Source: Chiloscyllium plagiosum
Taxonomy: Eukaryota
Assembly: GCF_004010195.1 (NCBI RefSeq)
Contig: NC_057719.1
Coordinates: 68,444,567-68,508,566, forward strand
DNA length: 64,000 bases
Direction of reading: 5' to 3'
Part shown: positions 52,801 to 64,000 of the stretch, piece after piece
How positions within the stretch are numbered: the first letter of the stretch is position 1
Layout of the letters: each line of letters starts with the position of its first letter
Made by a program: the position numbers and the translations under genes
The notes under the pieces: generated by a model
Seen by the model: the letters and a program-made list of their open reading frames with translations, nothing else
Databases searched by the model: none
What the model was told of the DNA's origin: nothing

Positions 52801-52959
52801 TACTGTTCTCCATTCAAGAAATCACAACCTTGTGAATCTATTTCTCTTCCTAGCTCTTATTCCTGGGGTAATCTCAAAAATCTTTAATAATGGCATCAAA
52901 CCAATTCAAAGCTAAACTTGAATCTCCATAATGTTCTGATGTTCATTTCTGTCACAACA

Positions 52960-53570
52960 GATGTATGTTTCTGTATCAGCCTCAATTCCATTACAACTCT
53001 CCTTTACATTTTTGACTCACATTACAAGCATAGGAGTGAGAGAGTCCATCTGTCTTTGTGACTGAGTTTCCATATGGTCAAATACTGAAGCATCAGCAAT
53101 ATAGAGTGTTCTCTGATCAAGAAATCAAGTGATGTTTTTCTGTCTTTGTTTTCAATCTTGATAGATCACTGAACTTGTCACCTGACCCAGTGTGCAAGTA
53201 AAATTCTTCCATATCGCAGGGACAGCAGAGATATGGAGCACTGAGAAACAGAATTGGTGGTAGAACGCAGCCCTCTTTAATTCCATTCTTTACTTTTAAA
53301 CCATCAGAAACTAAGCTATCAAACTGTACAGTGCAGCCTATGTTGTCATGGTAGAAATGGGTAAGACTGAGGAAATCTGGACGTATTTCCCAAAATATTA
53401 AAGACGCCTGCTCTGCTGATGTGTTTGCTTGTCTCAGTGAAAGTTAGATAAAAAGGCATACCCTGCCCCCTACACTTCTTGGCAGCTGGGGCATAGAGTG
53501 GATGATGCCCATGGTAGATCTGCCAGCACCAAAACCTCCCTGTGGTTCTGGCTACACCTGATCGACAAAC
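52960..53570 (-). mobile_element. Old RTE-clade LINE RT fragment
   Basis: KKCRGQGMPFYLTF..ISRAGVFNILG resembles the RTE motif EKCREQxxPLYxxF..VSRxGL. Confidence 0.6.
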
Positions 53571-54073
53571 TTTTCTTCTATTCATTCTCTGGATGTGGAC
53601 ATGGCTGAACCAGCTGTTATTCCCTATCCTGAGTTGCCCTGGGAAGGTGGAGATGGGTGATGCATGAGGCAGGTAATACTTGAAAGGGTAAACTGACATC
53701 ATGATATAAGTTGCATCCATATAAAGAATATAAATGACTGTTCTCCAGAGAAGGTAGCCAATGTTTTGATGCTAATCCCACATAGTTAACCATGCCAGGT
53801 ATACACTAGTGAGTTTAGCCTGATGAGAGCTGCATGTTTCCTCAATTTAACATAATTAGCTATTAAGTACTATATAATAAACATATCCTGTTTATATCCC
53901 TAGTGAAAACTTTGTGTGGGCATTCTTCCCCATTTCATATCAATAAGTTGGAAAAGTACCAAGAAGAAGGGTTTTGATGGAAGAAGTTTTAGTGACAGTG
54001 AATCTACTATCTTAGATGGTTCAGTGGATACAACACAACAGATATCATGTGAGCAATGTTATTATTTGAACAT

Positions 54074-54997
54074 TGTAATGAGGTCCTTTTTTTGCATGAA
54101 GCAAGCCAGTGTTTTCTGGGAAGTGTAATCTTCCGATCATACTCATTTCCAGAGTTGTTAGGTGGTAATATTCCATCCTACCCAGCAATAGAGATGGGGA
54201 TTAGGTTTTCAACTGGTCACTCAGGACGAATCAGGGATCATTGGAGAGGAGTTCAAAAGATCTGATACTGAGTTCTGAGACAGAGAGAGATGTACCATAC
54301 ATAATAGAAGAGCTGCTTTTTAGTTATTTGCAAAGAACTACATTGAGCCTGTGCAGTTGCAGACACATTGAGAAGACCAAAGTAGTTGAATATCTGTTTC
54401 TGGGGCTCCAGGAATTTCTGGGAGAAAGAAAAGCAAGTTTTGGGCCGAAGTAAATTGTTGAGCTGAAATGACTGAAAATCTGGAGCTGCACATGTGAACA
54501 AGTACTGGATCACAATTCTCAGAGGAAAGGTGATCACAGAGCCAGAACTGGAGGGTGATCAGCTAAAACAGGAGCAGTTGTTGTGGCATCCACAATGGAG
54601 TGGCTCTTGAGAGAGAGTTACCAGGCTGGATTAGCAAAAGTGAAGAATTGTAATCCCTTGTAAAATTGAATGAGATTTAATGACCCACTGTGTTGTTAAC
54701 AGCTGTGGGGAGTTACTAAGAAATCCATGGAATCTATTGTGACTACAGTTGTTGTTGCAGATTTTGAATCACAACATAATATCCTCCAGTCTACCACATG
54801 TTAATCTTGGATGTTAAAAATACGTTTTCCATATATTGTAGATTGTATTACTGTACAAACTTGTGTAGGAAGGTACAGTTGTTTTTTCAAAAGCATGGAA
54901 ATGTCTGGATCTCATTTTTGTCTACTTTAAAATATAAAGGTTACTGGTCTGAAGTCAGATTGTAACATAATTCAGTAATCTATCTGGGGTCATAACA
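54074..54997. mobile_element. Putative solo LTR
   Basis: Inverted termini TGTAATGA..TCATAACA; ~920 bp; non-coding. Confidence 0.5.
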
Positions 54998-56169
54998 ATA
55001 AATTTAGTGATCAAAGCATATTATGGTAGCAGCAGGTGCGTAGCACTGTCCCATATAATATGGAGATCTTCTGCGTAAATCTTCAATTCTACAAGAGCTA
55101 CAGCAATCTGAGTTGAAAAAGAGTGCATCTTTAAATATTCCACAGTTGCAAATCACGCAATCTGTCAGCTATTGTGAATGCTGCTGCCAACAGTTAAAAA
55201 AAAAGTTATAGAAGCTCAAAACAACTTGTAATAGAGAAAGATATTTTAAAAGCTTGTGGTGACTATGAGAGTCCCACCAAGCTACAAGAGTAAAAATTCA
55301 AAACATAAATCCCAGATACAGTCAATATTGAACATCCAAAGTAAGTCCCTTACAGAAATGTGAAAACTCTTACATTCAAAGGAAAAATTGTGGACTGAGA
55401 TGCGAATAATCTTAAATCAATAATGTAGGGAATGAACGTTGTTAAAATTGTTTAAACTTTTGGCAAAAGCTGCAAAATCAACTGAAAAAGGCTGTCATTA
55501 AAAAGTAGTTAAATGGCAGTATAGGTTGACTAAATAGATTGCAAAAATTGAAGGTAGAAGTGTTTACTAAAATTAGGTGTTTTGAGGAGAAAACAGATTT
55601 TCATTGGACAATCAAAAGTATTCTTAAAGACATGATACATCACAATGCCATTTTATAAATTGAAGATGAAATTAATGTCAGGGAGAAGCAGAAAGACGGA
55701 GTCAACCATATGATGAAAGATGGTGTAAAAACTGCTAAGAAGAAGGGGAAATGCCACAAGTTTATTTTCTTTCTTCCATCTCAGGCAAAAAAAGTAAAGA
55801 TACAGTATTTCTTCACTTTAAAGCATTTCAATGATCTTAAAATATTTGAAAATTGTTTTTTTTTCTGCACCAACAATGGGATAAATCTAAATCATTTACG
55901 TTTTTAACTTTAGTAGAAATTAAAAGAAGATTCTGAAAAGGAAAATAAGATAAGTTACAAATGAATTAAAACAAGAAAGCTAATAAAAAGTTTTATTAGC
56001 AATTCATTTTCATTATTCACCAATAAAAAAAATATATTTCTTTTAAATTGCTGAAGAAGAAAGTGATTAATACAATTAAAATGATCATATTTAAAATTAG
56101 CAATGTCTACAAACTTTGTTTTAAAAGCCTGCAACAGCTTGCAAGTAAATAATTCATATAAGAACCTTA

Positions 56170-57400
56170 ATAGTTAAACACAGTGACAACAGATAAAGTT
56201 ATTACACTTACAAGTAGATTTAATATCACAAATCCTTCAGCCAGGGAATTAAACAGGTCTATACAGAAGAGACATTTCCTGGAATGCAGAATTGCTTCAG
56301 AAGTACCAGAGGAGACAGATGAAGACATTAGTTTTGTAGATTTGGAAACAGATTTTGTTTTAAAAAGATGATGTAAGGGAAGAGACAAATATATTATAAT
56401 ATTGTAAGAGCCTTTGATGATTACTTTACATTAAATGCCAAACTTTTAAAGGAGACAGCAAGATTTAATAGAAGAATACAGGTTACAAGAGAACCTGTCG
56501 ATAATTTATTAATGAAGTTTACACATTGTCAGAATTTACTGATTACAGTGATTTACTACTAGAACTAAGTTTCGACAGAGTTGACATTAGATTTTCTGAT
56601 CCATGGATTTCAGATATGTTACAATCAAAGTAGCATCTTTTATTGAAAAGAGCTATCCAGATAGTGGTAGAATCTAAAATAAAAAAATACATCAAAAGAA
56701 TGGGAACTGAAAGCCATTCTGCCTCCAAAGGATCACCAGACTTCGTCAACTTTTTAAGGGCCATAAAGACCAAAGCATCATGTCATAGACCAACAGAAAA
56801 CATCTTCAATTTGTTTGATGTTAGAACTTTCAGGAGTTAAAAGCCTACATCGGTAGAAACAATGTCCAGCTTTACCATGGTAATACAACTTTTGTGTAAA
56901 AGTGGAAAATTTGCACAGTATGTGCAAAAATCAAAAGAAGTTGAACCACAGAACTAGCAATACTTCCTGGCACCAGGAGGTTAACATCTTACAGCAACCC
57001 AGAATCGCAAAACATACCTTCATTCCAACATTTATACCTCGACGGTGATTCTCTGCCTTTGGAAGGTATGAAACATTTTTTCTGAGGGAGAATAGGTGAT
57101 TAATCCCAAGCAGATATGACACAGACCTTTAGGTTAACACTTGTCCAGCTAATTTCCAACTTGACAGTCTGGTGAGCTTTACTGTATTAATCGAAACACC
57201 CCATTAGTTGACGAGAATGAATTGATAACCTTTTGAAAGAGAATGGCCTGGCACAGGCAGAAAACTTCTGAATAATCAAATTAATCATTATGGTGGTCTT
57301 AACATACAGAGGCTGTATGTGGGGCAGTCATACATCATCAGAAACCTGCATTTCTCGATGATGAGCAAAAAAAGCATGCTTTGCTTTTAAAATTCTCAAT
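56170..57400 (+). mobile_element. Ancient Gypsy gag-protease remnant
   Basis: KRHFLECRIASE; FDDYF..ETARFNRRIQ..EPVDN..LSFDRV..SDMLQSK; FQLDSLVSFTVL (protease-like, ~57155-57190). Confidence 0.65.
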
Positions 57401-57559
57401 CAGCTCAGAAGTTAAAATGGTGGTCAATTTTACTGCATTCAACAAGAGAAAGGCCTCTAAATGTACATTCACAGAATGAAAGAGAAAATAAACACCACTC
57501 AAAATTAGTTATGTGTGCATCTGACAATTATTCATAACTGAAAATATCAAATGATACTA

Positions 57560-57850
57560 ATAATAATGCTGAGAAGTTTAGGAACTGAGATGATTGACCT
57601 CCAACAACCACAACTGTCCTCCTTTCCTCGGTATGATTCCAGCTAGTGAAGAGTTTTCCTTCTGATGCTCAGTGAGTTCAGTTTTGCTCATGCTTCTTGA
57701 TGCTACAACTTTGATGTCAAACTCACCAGAGTTCAGCTCTTACATCCATATTTGGACTAAGGCTGCAATGAGACCAGGAGTTGCGAAGCCTTGGTGGAAC
57801 GCACTCTGTGCATCAATGAGCAGGTTATCCTGGATGCAGTCCTTTAAACA
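57560..57850 (-). mobile_element. Old LINE RT fragment (CR1/L2 superfamily)
   Basis: Overlaps in sequence with the 38830-39390 lineage (..AAGGCTGCAATGAG..GAGCAGGTTAT). Confidence 0.5.
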
Positions 57851-58089
57851 TGGTTTTGTGCAACTGTTGGAGTCTCCTGTGTTACCTTTTGCCATTGTAT
57901 TTGCAGGTATTTTGACATCACAGAGCTCCTGCGGAGTGGTGCTTAATTTCCAGCAGAGGAGGAGGTGAGAAAGCTCTGTTAATCAGTGGAATACTGGGAC
58001 ATGAGCTGTTAGACTGAGATTCTATCCTTTCTGGGTGTTTTTCTGTTTTAGAGGTGGTCTTGAGGTTGGTTCATGCGAGTTTTTCATCT

Positions 58090-59165
58090 GCTACTCTCAT
58101 GACTTGCTCATTCTGACTATAAACACCAAGAAAACTTTGATCATAGGACAAGGTGCTGCATCTCTGCCCCTAATCACCCTTAGTAACAGCCTGCTGGAAG
58201 TGGTTAGCAAATCCTCCCACCTCGGGTGCACAGTGACAGTCAATCTGCCTCTTGCTGCAAAACTTCATACTCATAACTATTTTCATCTACCTTGTGAAAT
58301 GCACATGCAATAACATCAGGCTGACTCACGGGACCAAGCTGTTGGTTCCTGTAGGCTGTGTTCTTAACACCTCTGCTGTATGGCAGTGAAACAGGAACAA
58401 CTTACAGTTACCAGGAAAAGAAATACAACAAAATAAAAAACTGTTGACGCTGGAAATCAGAAACGAAAACAGAAATTGCTGGAAAGACTCAGCAGGCCTG
58501 GAGGAGGGAAAGCAGAGCTAAGGTTTTGGGTCCAATGACACTTCTTCAGAACTAGTAATAGCTAGAGTAGCTCCTAGCTGCTGAAGGGTCACTGGACCCA
58601 AAGTGTTGACTCTGCTTTCTCTCCACAGAACACAACAATTTCCTGCTTCACCATCTGCTGTGGACATATTCTAGCAGGACAAGCTCATGAATGCAGTGGT
58701 CCTTTCAAAGACAGCTTCCAAGTGTTAACATTCATCAAATGAAGATGGCTTCAGTCAATCAGGCACATCTGTAGAGTGGAAACAGTTGCACACTCAAGGA
58801 CTTTCTGGAGAGTGAAATAGCAGGAGCAAAATGATCAGTGAGGAGCCCAATGATTCACTTCAAGGATGCTTACAATTGTGGCATGAAGCCTCAGACCTTG
58901 ACTACCACATTTTGCTGACAAAATGGGGAAACAGCCCCTGTGGGCTACCATGACATCCAATAGCTACAGCTGCTTGAAAATAGCTACCCAATGCTGAAAA
59001 CAGCCCACAACCCCACAGTAGCTTCATGTATGGCATTTGTTGCAGAACCTGCTCTTAAGATTTGCCTTTAATCACCAAAGATGCATCTGTTGTAGACCCT
59101 TCCTGCTCTTCCCAGCTAAATGGATTGATGCTGTGCATCTATCATCTCTCATTAATGGAAGGATG
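58090..59165 (+). mobile_element. RTE-clade LINE 3' fragment
   Basis: LTINTKKTLIIGQ..LPLITL..LEVVSKSSHLGCTV; LLYGSET-like at ~58375. Confidence 0.75.
58431..58628 (-). mobile_element. Older PLE mini-element, partial hairpin (family B)
   Basis: Homologous to 30273-30497; minus strand reads AGTT-CTGAAGA-A-stem-(G)AAAC; second decayed hammerhead on + at ~58578-58610. Confidence 0.7.
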
Positions 59166-59282
59166 CAGCTATTAGAACCTCTAGATTGAATGACTGGTGC
59201 CTGGGCACCGCCAAACACAAAGTGTAACTTAGCATATCCTGACTCCATCACCTACAAACCACCCTTCAGTTGAAAAACAGCT

Positions 59283-59755
59283 TTGGCTCAATGGTTACAG
59301 TCATATCTCTGAATCAGGAAGGTGTAGATTCAAGTTGCATTCCAGAGATTAAGAAAATAATCTATGATTAACACTTAGTTGCTGCACTGTCAGAGATGTT
59401 AAACTGGGGTCAAAAGTGTGGTGCTGGAAAAGCACAGCAGGTCAGGCAGCATTCAAGGAGCAGGAAAGGAGACATTTCAGGCATAAGCCTTTCTCATTCC
59501 TGATGAGGGGCTTATCCCTGAAACATTGTCTCTCTTGCTCCTCAGATGCTGCCTGACCTGCTGTGCTTTTCCAGCATGGCTCCTTTTGATTCTGATCTCC
59601 AGCATCTGCAGTCCTCACTTTCTCCAAGATGTTGAACTGGGGCCTTATCTACTGTCTCAAGTGATGTAAAGAAAATTTTTTTGGCAATACTGTGACAAAG
59701 AGGAAAGGCACTCTCTCTGGTGTTCTGCCCCAAATTTATTTCTCAAACAACATCA
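59283..59755 (+). mobile_element. Deu-domain SINE (SacSINE1-like) split by a PLE hairpin
   Basis: Head TGGCTCAATGG..GATTCAAG; Deu-like GCTGCACTGTCAGAG..GTTAAACTGGGGCC..CTGGTGTTCTG..AAATTTATTTCTCAA. Confidence 0.7.
59410..59626 (+). mobile_element. Penelope-like mini-element, inverted hairpin (family A, older)
   Basis: 16-bp TSD AGATGTTRAACTGGGG (59394-59409, 59627-59642); CTGATGA at 59500; 3' tail present. Confidence 0.85.
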
Positions 59756-60266
59756 GGGGAAGACAGTGGCATTGTGGTATTGTCATTGGATTCAGTAATC
59801 AAGAAGCCTCAGCTAACATTCTGGGGACATGTGTTCAAATCCCCACCATGCTGATGGTAAAATTTGATTTCAATAAAATCTGGAATTCAAATGGGGACCA
59901 TGTGTGATGGCTCAGTGGTTAATGCTGCTGCCTCATGGTGCCAGGGACCCGGGTCCGATTCCAGCCTCGGGTGACTGTCTGTGTGGAGTTTGTACATTCT
60001 CCCCGTGTCTGCGAGGGTTTCCTCCAGATGATCCGGTTTCCTCCCACAATCCAAAGAGGTGCAGGTGTGGTGAATTGGCCATGCTAAATTACCCATAGTA
60101 TTAAGTGCATTAGTCAGGGATACATATGGACAATGGGTCTGGATGGGTTACTCTTCAGAGGGTCGTATGGACTTGTTGGGCCAAAGGGCCTGTTTCCACA
60201 CTGTATGGAATCTAATCTAATCTAAATGTGACTATTGTTGATTGTCGTAAAACCCCATCAGTTCAC
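59756..60266 (+). mobile_element. SINE family B split by an HE1 V-SINE (59905-60225)
   Basis: Family B head with GTTCAAATCC; HE1 head, V-domain and (AATCT)n tail; family B resumes at 60226. Confidence 0.8.
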
Positions 60267-61149
60267 CTGAAGACGGCAGTGAATGGACCTGATATTGTGC
60301 ACCAGTTGGAGGATGCTCAGGTGTGTGAGGCGCGGGGGGGGGGATCCTGTCTGCTCATATCTAGGGTTCTGAACCTCCCTCGGGAGCTTGTGTCCCACAA
60401 CCTGCAATGTGTTCCTCCCTATCATCTACCTTACAACAATGTCCCAGAACCTATAATCACCATCAGGACAGGTTCAGCAGAGGTGGCAGCCCACTGATAT
60501 ACAGTCTGGAGAGAATTATCCTGGTCATCCTCAACATTGATTTCAGATATCATGAAATTTCAAGACATCAGGTCAAACATTAACAAAGAAACCTTGTCAC
60601 ATGCAGTCAGTTTATCCCCCCACCTTGCTTTGGGGAAAAAAGCAAGAAATACTTGCAGAAGAGCATGCAGAAAGATCAAGGCATATAACTTCTGCAGACC
60701 AAACCACATAAAAGAAATAGGAAATCATGCTCTAACTACAAGATGCTGAATTGCTTCAGATGCAAAATAAACCGAGAATGTTTGCTACTGGAGAGGTATC
60801 AGCCAAAGATTCTGGTGAATGACTTACTCTGTACAATTCTTCAGGTCTAAAGTGATAAATGGTTTGTGACTTCCCATAGATGCAGCGGATATTACTACTC
60901 GACAAGTCAGTCCAAAGAATTGAACCTTACTTAACAGATGATTTTAGTTTTCTTTAAATTTAAATTTAACGTGCTGATCTTTCACTGAAATATAAACACA
61001 CATGGCTGCAGATTTGATTTTAACAATAAAATGAAAGTTTATAACATTAAAAAAACAGAACAAGCTATCCAAATATGACACCGTTTGAAAGATTTCAAAG
61101 TAGATGGCAAAACAAAATACAAATCTAATCCTCAACACTGTCACTTCAC

Positions 61150-61250
61150 GGAGAAAGTAAGGACTGCAGATGCTAGAGAATCAAAATGTCGACTCTCCTG
61201 GTTCTCGGATGCTGCCTGACTTGCTGTGATTTTCCAATGCCACCCTCTTC
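61150..61250. mobile_element. PLE mini-element: tail plus one inverted arm
   Basis: ~18-20-bp TSD TCAACACTGTCAYTTCAYGG (61132-61151, 61249-61268). Confidence 0.78.
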
Positions 61251-61989
61251 AACACTGTCATTTCATGGTTAGTCAAAATTCAAAGAAATCTTCTTTCCCT
61301 GTCAATTTGTCGGCTTGACTTAACTGCTTCTTCTCAGTTCCTGTCCTGAGTTGGGTAGTTTGCACAGGATATTATAATTGCAATAGCTTATTCAATAGAA
61401 CATTTAAACTCAAACGCACGTGTTCAAAACTACCTCCTTTTTTCTTTCATGTATTGCTCACATGACTAAGAGCTTAAACTTTCTCAGTCTTTTAATAATA
61501 TTCAGAGTTCTAACCAAGTATTCATTCAAAAACAGCATTCTTCCACTGAGGTAACTCATTCCTTAACTGCTCTAAACACATTTTTTTTCCAGGAAGACTG
61601 CACCTGCATCTGAACCCTGTCAGGTCTCCTTCAAACTGAACCAAAAGCTTTTGAACTAAATTTTAATCAAAATCTTGCTCATCCTAGATTCTGCTAAAGC
61701 TAATGACTTATTTTTTTCTCTCCTCTGTTGTAAAACCTGAATAATACAAACAAAAATCCTTAACACTCCAGGAAGTTTGCAATCAACTGCTATTTAGCAC
61801 ATACTTATTTTAAAATTATAGTTCCGGCAAGTCTGAGCTTAATTAATTTAAAACCACTTCGCAAAAATACCAATACCCATAAGTCACTACATTGAAGTCC
61901 AAACACTAGAAAAATTAATAAAGATAAGGCACATACCTTTTCGTCACACTGGTTAGAACGGAAACCGCAAAAGGAGAGCATCCAGTGAA

Positions 61990-62552
61990 CATGAAGTGAC
62001 ACTTATATTTCATATAACATCATGAGCCTCAGAGACCCTGTGTGATGTGTCTCAAGATGGTAACTCTCAGCATAGCACTCAAAAGTAAGATTAAAGCTAT
62101 GTGATGGACCAGTTGTCAGGGCAAGAAGACAAAGCTGACAGCCCAACACAATGGGAAGAATAAACATCTGGAGTTCCAAATATTAGCCATTAAGTAAGCA
62201 TCATTTATCTTAGCTAAAGCAAGTCTAAAATTTGGACTAGAAATCCTAAATATGCTAGAAGAGACTTGGCAATGATTTGTAAACCTGAATCGATCATAAA
62301 ATATTACAAATTTGTTTACTCAAGTGTTGCATGTCTTCCTGGTGAATACTATCTTGAAATTGATGAGAGTGTGAGATCAATTCAGCATCTGCCAAGGAGA
62401 GTCCAAGTTGTCCTCAAGGCCAGACTGAAAGACAAGATAGAAGTAGCTGGAAAAGAAGAGAGTAATCAAGAAAGTAACAAGTCCTACAGATTGGATTAGG
62501 CAGTTTGGTGGCAGTGGAAAAAATGGAAAACTGAGAGTATGCACAGATCCAT
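61990..62552 (+). mobile_element. Gypsy pol fragment (RT N-terminus)
   Basis: CLPGEYYLEIDESVRSIQHLPRRV..LKDKIE; VIKKVTSPTDWI; GKLRVCTDP. Confidence 0.75.
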
Positions 62553-63048
62553 AGGTCCATCTAGACTTGATGAAGATAAGATGAGTGCTGTTCTGGCCAA
62601 GTATAAGAAATGAGATTAAGGATCACATGGCCAGCGCAGTTTATGTAGCAAAATACAGGGTAACAACTTCAACAAAAATGCTAAAAATTATAATAGATAC
62701 AAAATATGTTATTATTTCCTGCAAAATTTAATCATTTTCTAAAAGTAAAGGTATTACTGAAAACTGGACCATTCTTTGACTTTGTATATTCAGACTATGT
62801 TTGCTGATTACTTTGATGTCGGGACCTGAGGTCCTTTGTGTCTCACTGAATACAAATCATGTAGAAGGGAGCTTGTATGACACCAACAAAAGTCTTATGT
62901 TAAGAACAATGTATAAGTAGCAAAATCAGGAAATCTGAATTAACAAAACCATGAGATACGTTGGTTTTAAAAAAGGGTCAGCTCGAATAACAACATGAAT
63001 AAACAATGTCCATGTCCCTGTCACTTCAGATCCTGTTGGCCCACAATG

Positions 63049-63181
63049 ATCATTCCTGATGAAGGGCTCCTGTCCGAAACGTCGATTTACCTGCTTCTCG
63101 GATACTGCCTGACCTGCTGTGCTTTTCCAGCACCACTTTAATCTTGACTCTAATCTCCAGCATCTGCAGTACCCACTTCTG
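63049..63181 (+). mobile_element. Solo PLE pseudo-LTR with tail
   Basis: 8-bp TSD CCACAATG (63041-63048, 63182-63189); homologous to 31745-31877. Confidence 0.85.
63052..63087 (+). ncRNA. Minimal type I hammerhead ribozyme motif
   Basis: CTGATGA-A-GGGC(TCCT)GTCC-GAAAC-GTC at 63056-63083; helix II kept with one G-U pair. Confidence 0.7.
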
Positions 63182-64000
63182 CCACAATGGTAAATACCCA
63201 TTTACCCATTTATACTTAGACATATTTGTGAGAATCATACATTCAGATAAAAAGGGTACCTACAACTCCTGTAAGACAAGATATTCCAATTTGCTGAGTG
63301 GTATTTAAACAGTAAAACTATATATTTTTTAAAAATCCACACACTATGATCTCTCTGATTGCTAAGTTGTGTAAATCCTCTTCTTTCTTGTCAATAAAAG
63401 TGAAAAGTTTATAAGTATTGGCTACTTCAAAAAATTAACTATTGTAAAATCAATGGCAGATTACTTGCCTAGAGATGTTAATTTGAAAGCAATTAGGTTT
63501 CACGGTAACGAAACACAAGCTACTGCTTGAAGGAAGGGGCAGGAAAATAAAAAAAACTGTTAAACACTGGTGAGGAAGTTAAGAGAAGCCTGTAATGTCT
63601 AGAAAGCCTAACTAAAGTTTGCACAGGATATTATAATTGCAATAGCTTGCTCAATAGAACATTTAAACTCAAGCGCACGTGTTCAAAACTACCTTGGGCA
63701 CACATAGTCACTGGACTGCGAAGGATTAGCTGCAGATGCCTGCATGTATTAGAAGTCACTTTATATCCAAAAATATTCTCTTCAAGTATTTCCCTTATTA
63801 TGTTCAGGTGGAATTACAGAAGTAATGGTTTTGTGGACACGGTGAAAAAGTAATTGTTATTGGGTTCTTTTACCGACATTCAAAAGATAAATGTTAGTGC
63901 GATCATTTCAAATATAGGAATACAATTTACCTGGTTTTAATGTACCATATTCTAAGAATTATTCTTTTGAGAGTTATTGGGCAGGATTTCCCTCTGGGGT

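Noticed and set aside
55024-55032. TGGTAGCAG as a tRNA-iMet PBS for the 54074-54997 LTR
   Set aside because: About 26 nt from the proposed LTR end and only a 9-nt match
63495-63855. RFX-like GTTTCACGGTAAC and a possible 42-nt micro-exon near 63808-63849
   Set aside because: Short motifs expected by chance; no supporting exons or recognisable peptide

Overview
Repeat-rich, gene-poor eukaryotic DNA with no supportable host protein-coding exon, structural RNA gene or CRISPR array. The repeat content (CR1/HER1-type LINEs with microsatellite tails, HE1-type V-SINEs, Deu-domain SacSINE1-like SINEs, Rex1/Babar, RTE, Gypsy, Penelope-like elements) points to a cartilaginous fish, probably a shark (inference). 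All recognisable ORFs are decayed retroelement fragments. Main signals: (1) about 11 Penelope-like (PLE) insertions, mostly 30-230 bp and mostly with clear TSDs, several built as inverted pseudo-LTR hairpins around a minimal hammerhead-ribozyme motif (CUGANGA-stem-GAAAC-GUH; intact at 9846-9873 and 63056-63083), plus a tail-only insert with a 42-bp duplication; (2) two head-to-head Gypsy copies sharing one CR1 insertion and one 29-bp micro-inversion; (3) a Copia-type (GalEa-like) remnant holding four short tRNA-derived repeats; (4) repeat-free islands resembling conserved non-coding enhancers. Family names come from motif recognition, not database searches. Boundaries of old repeats are approximate.
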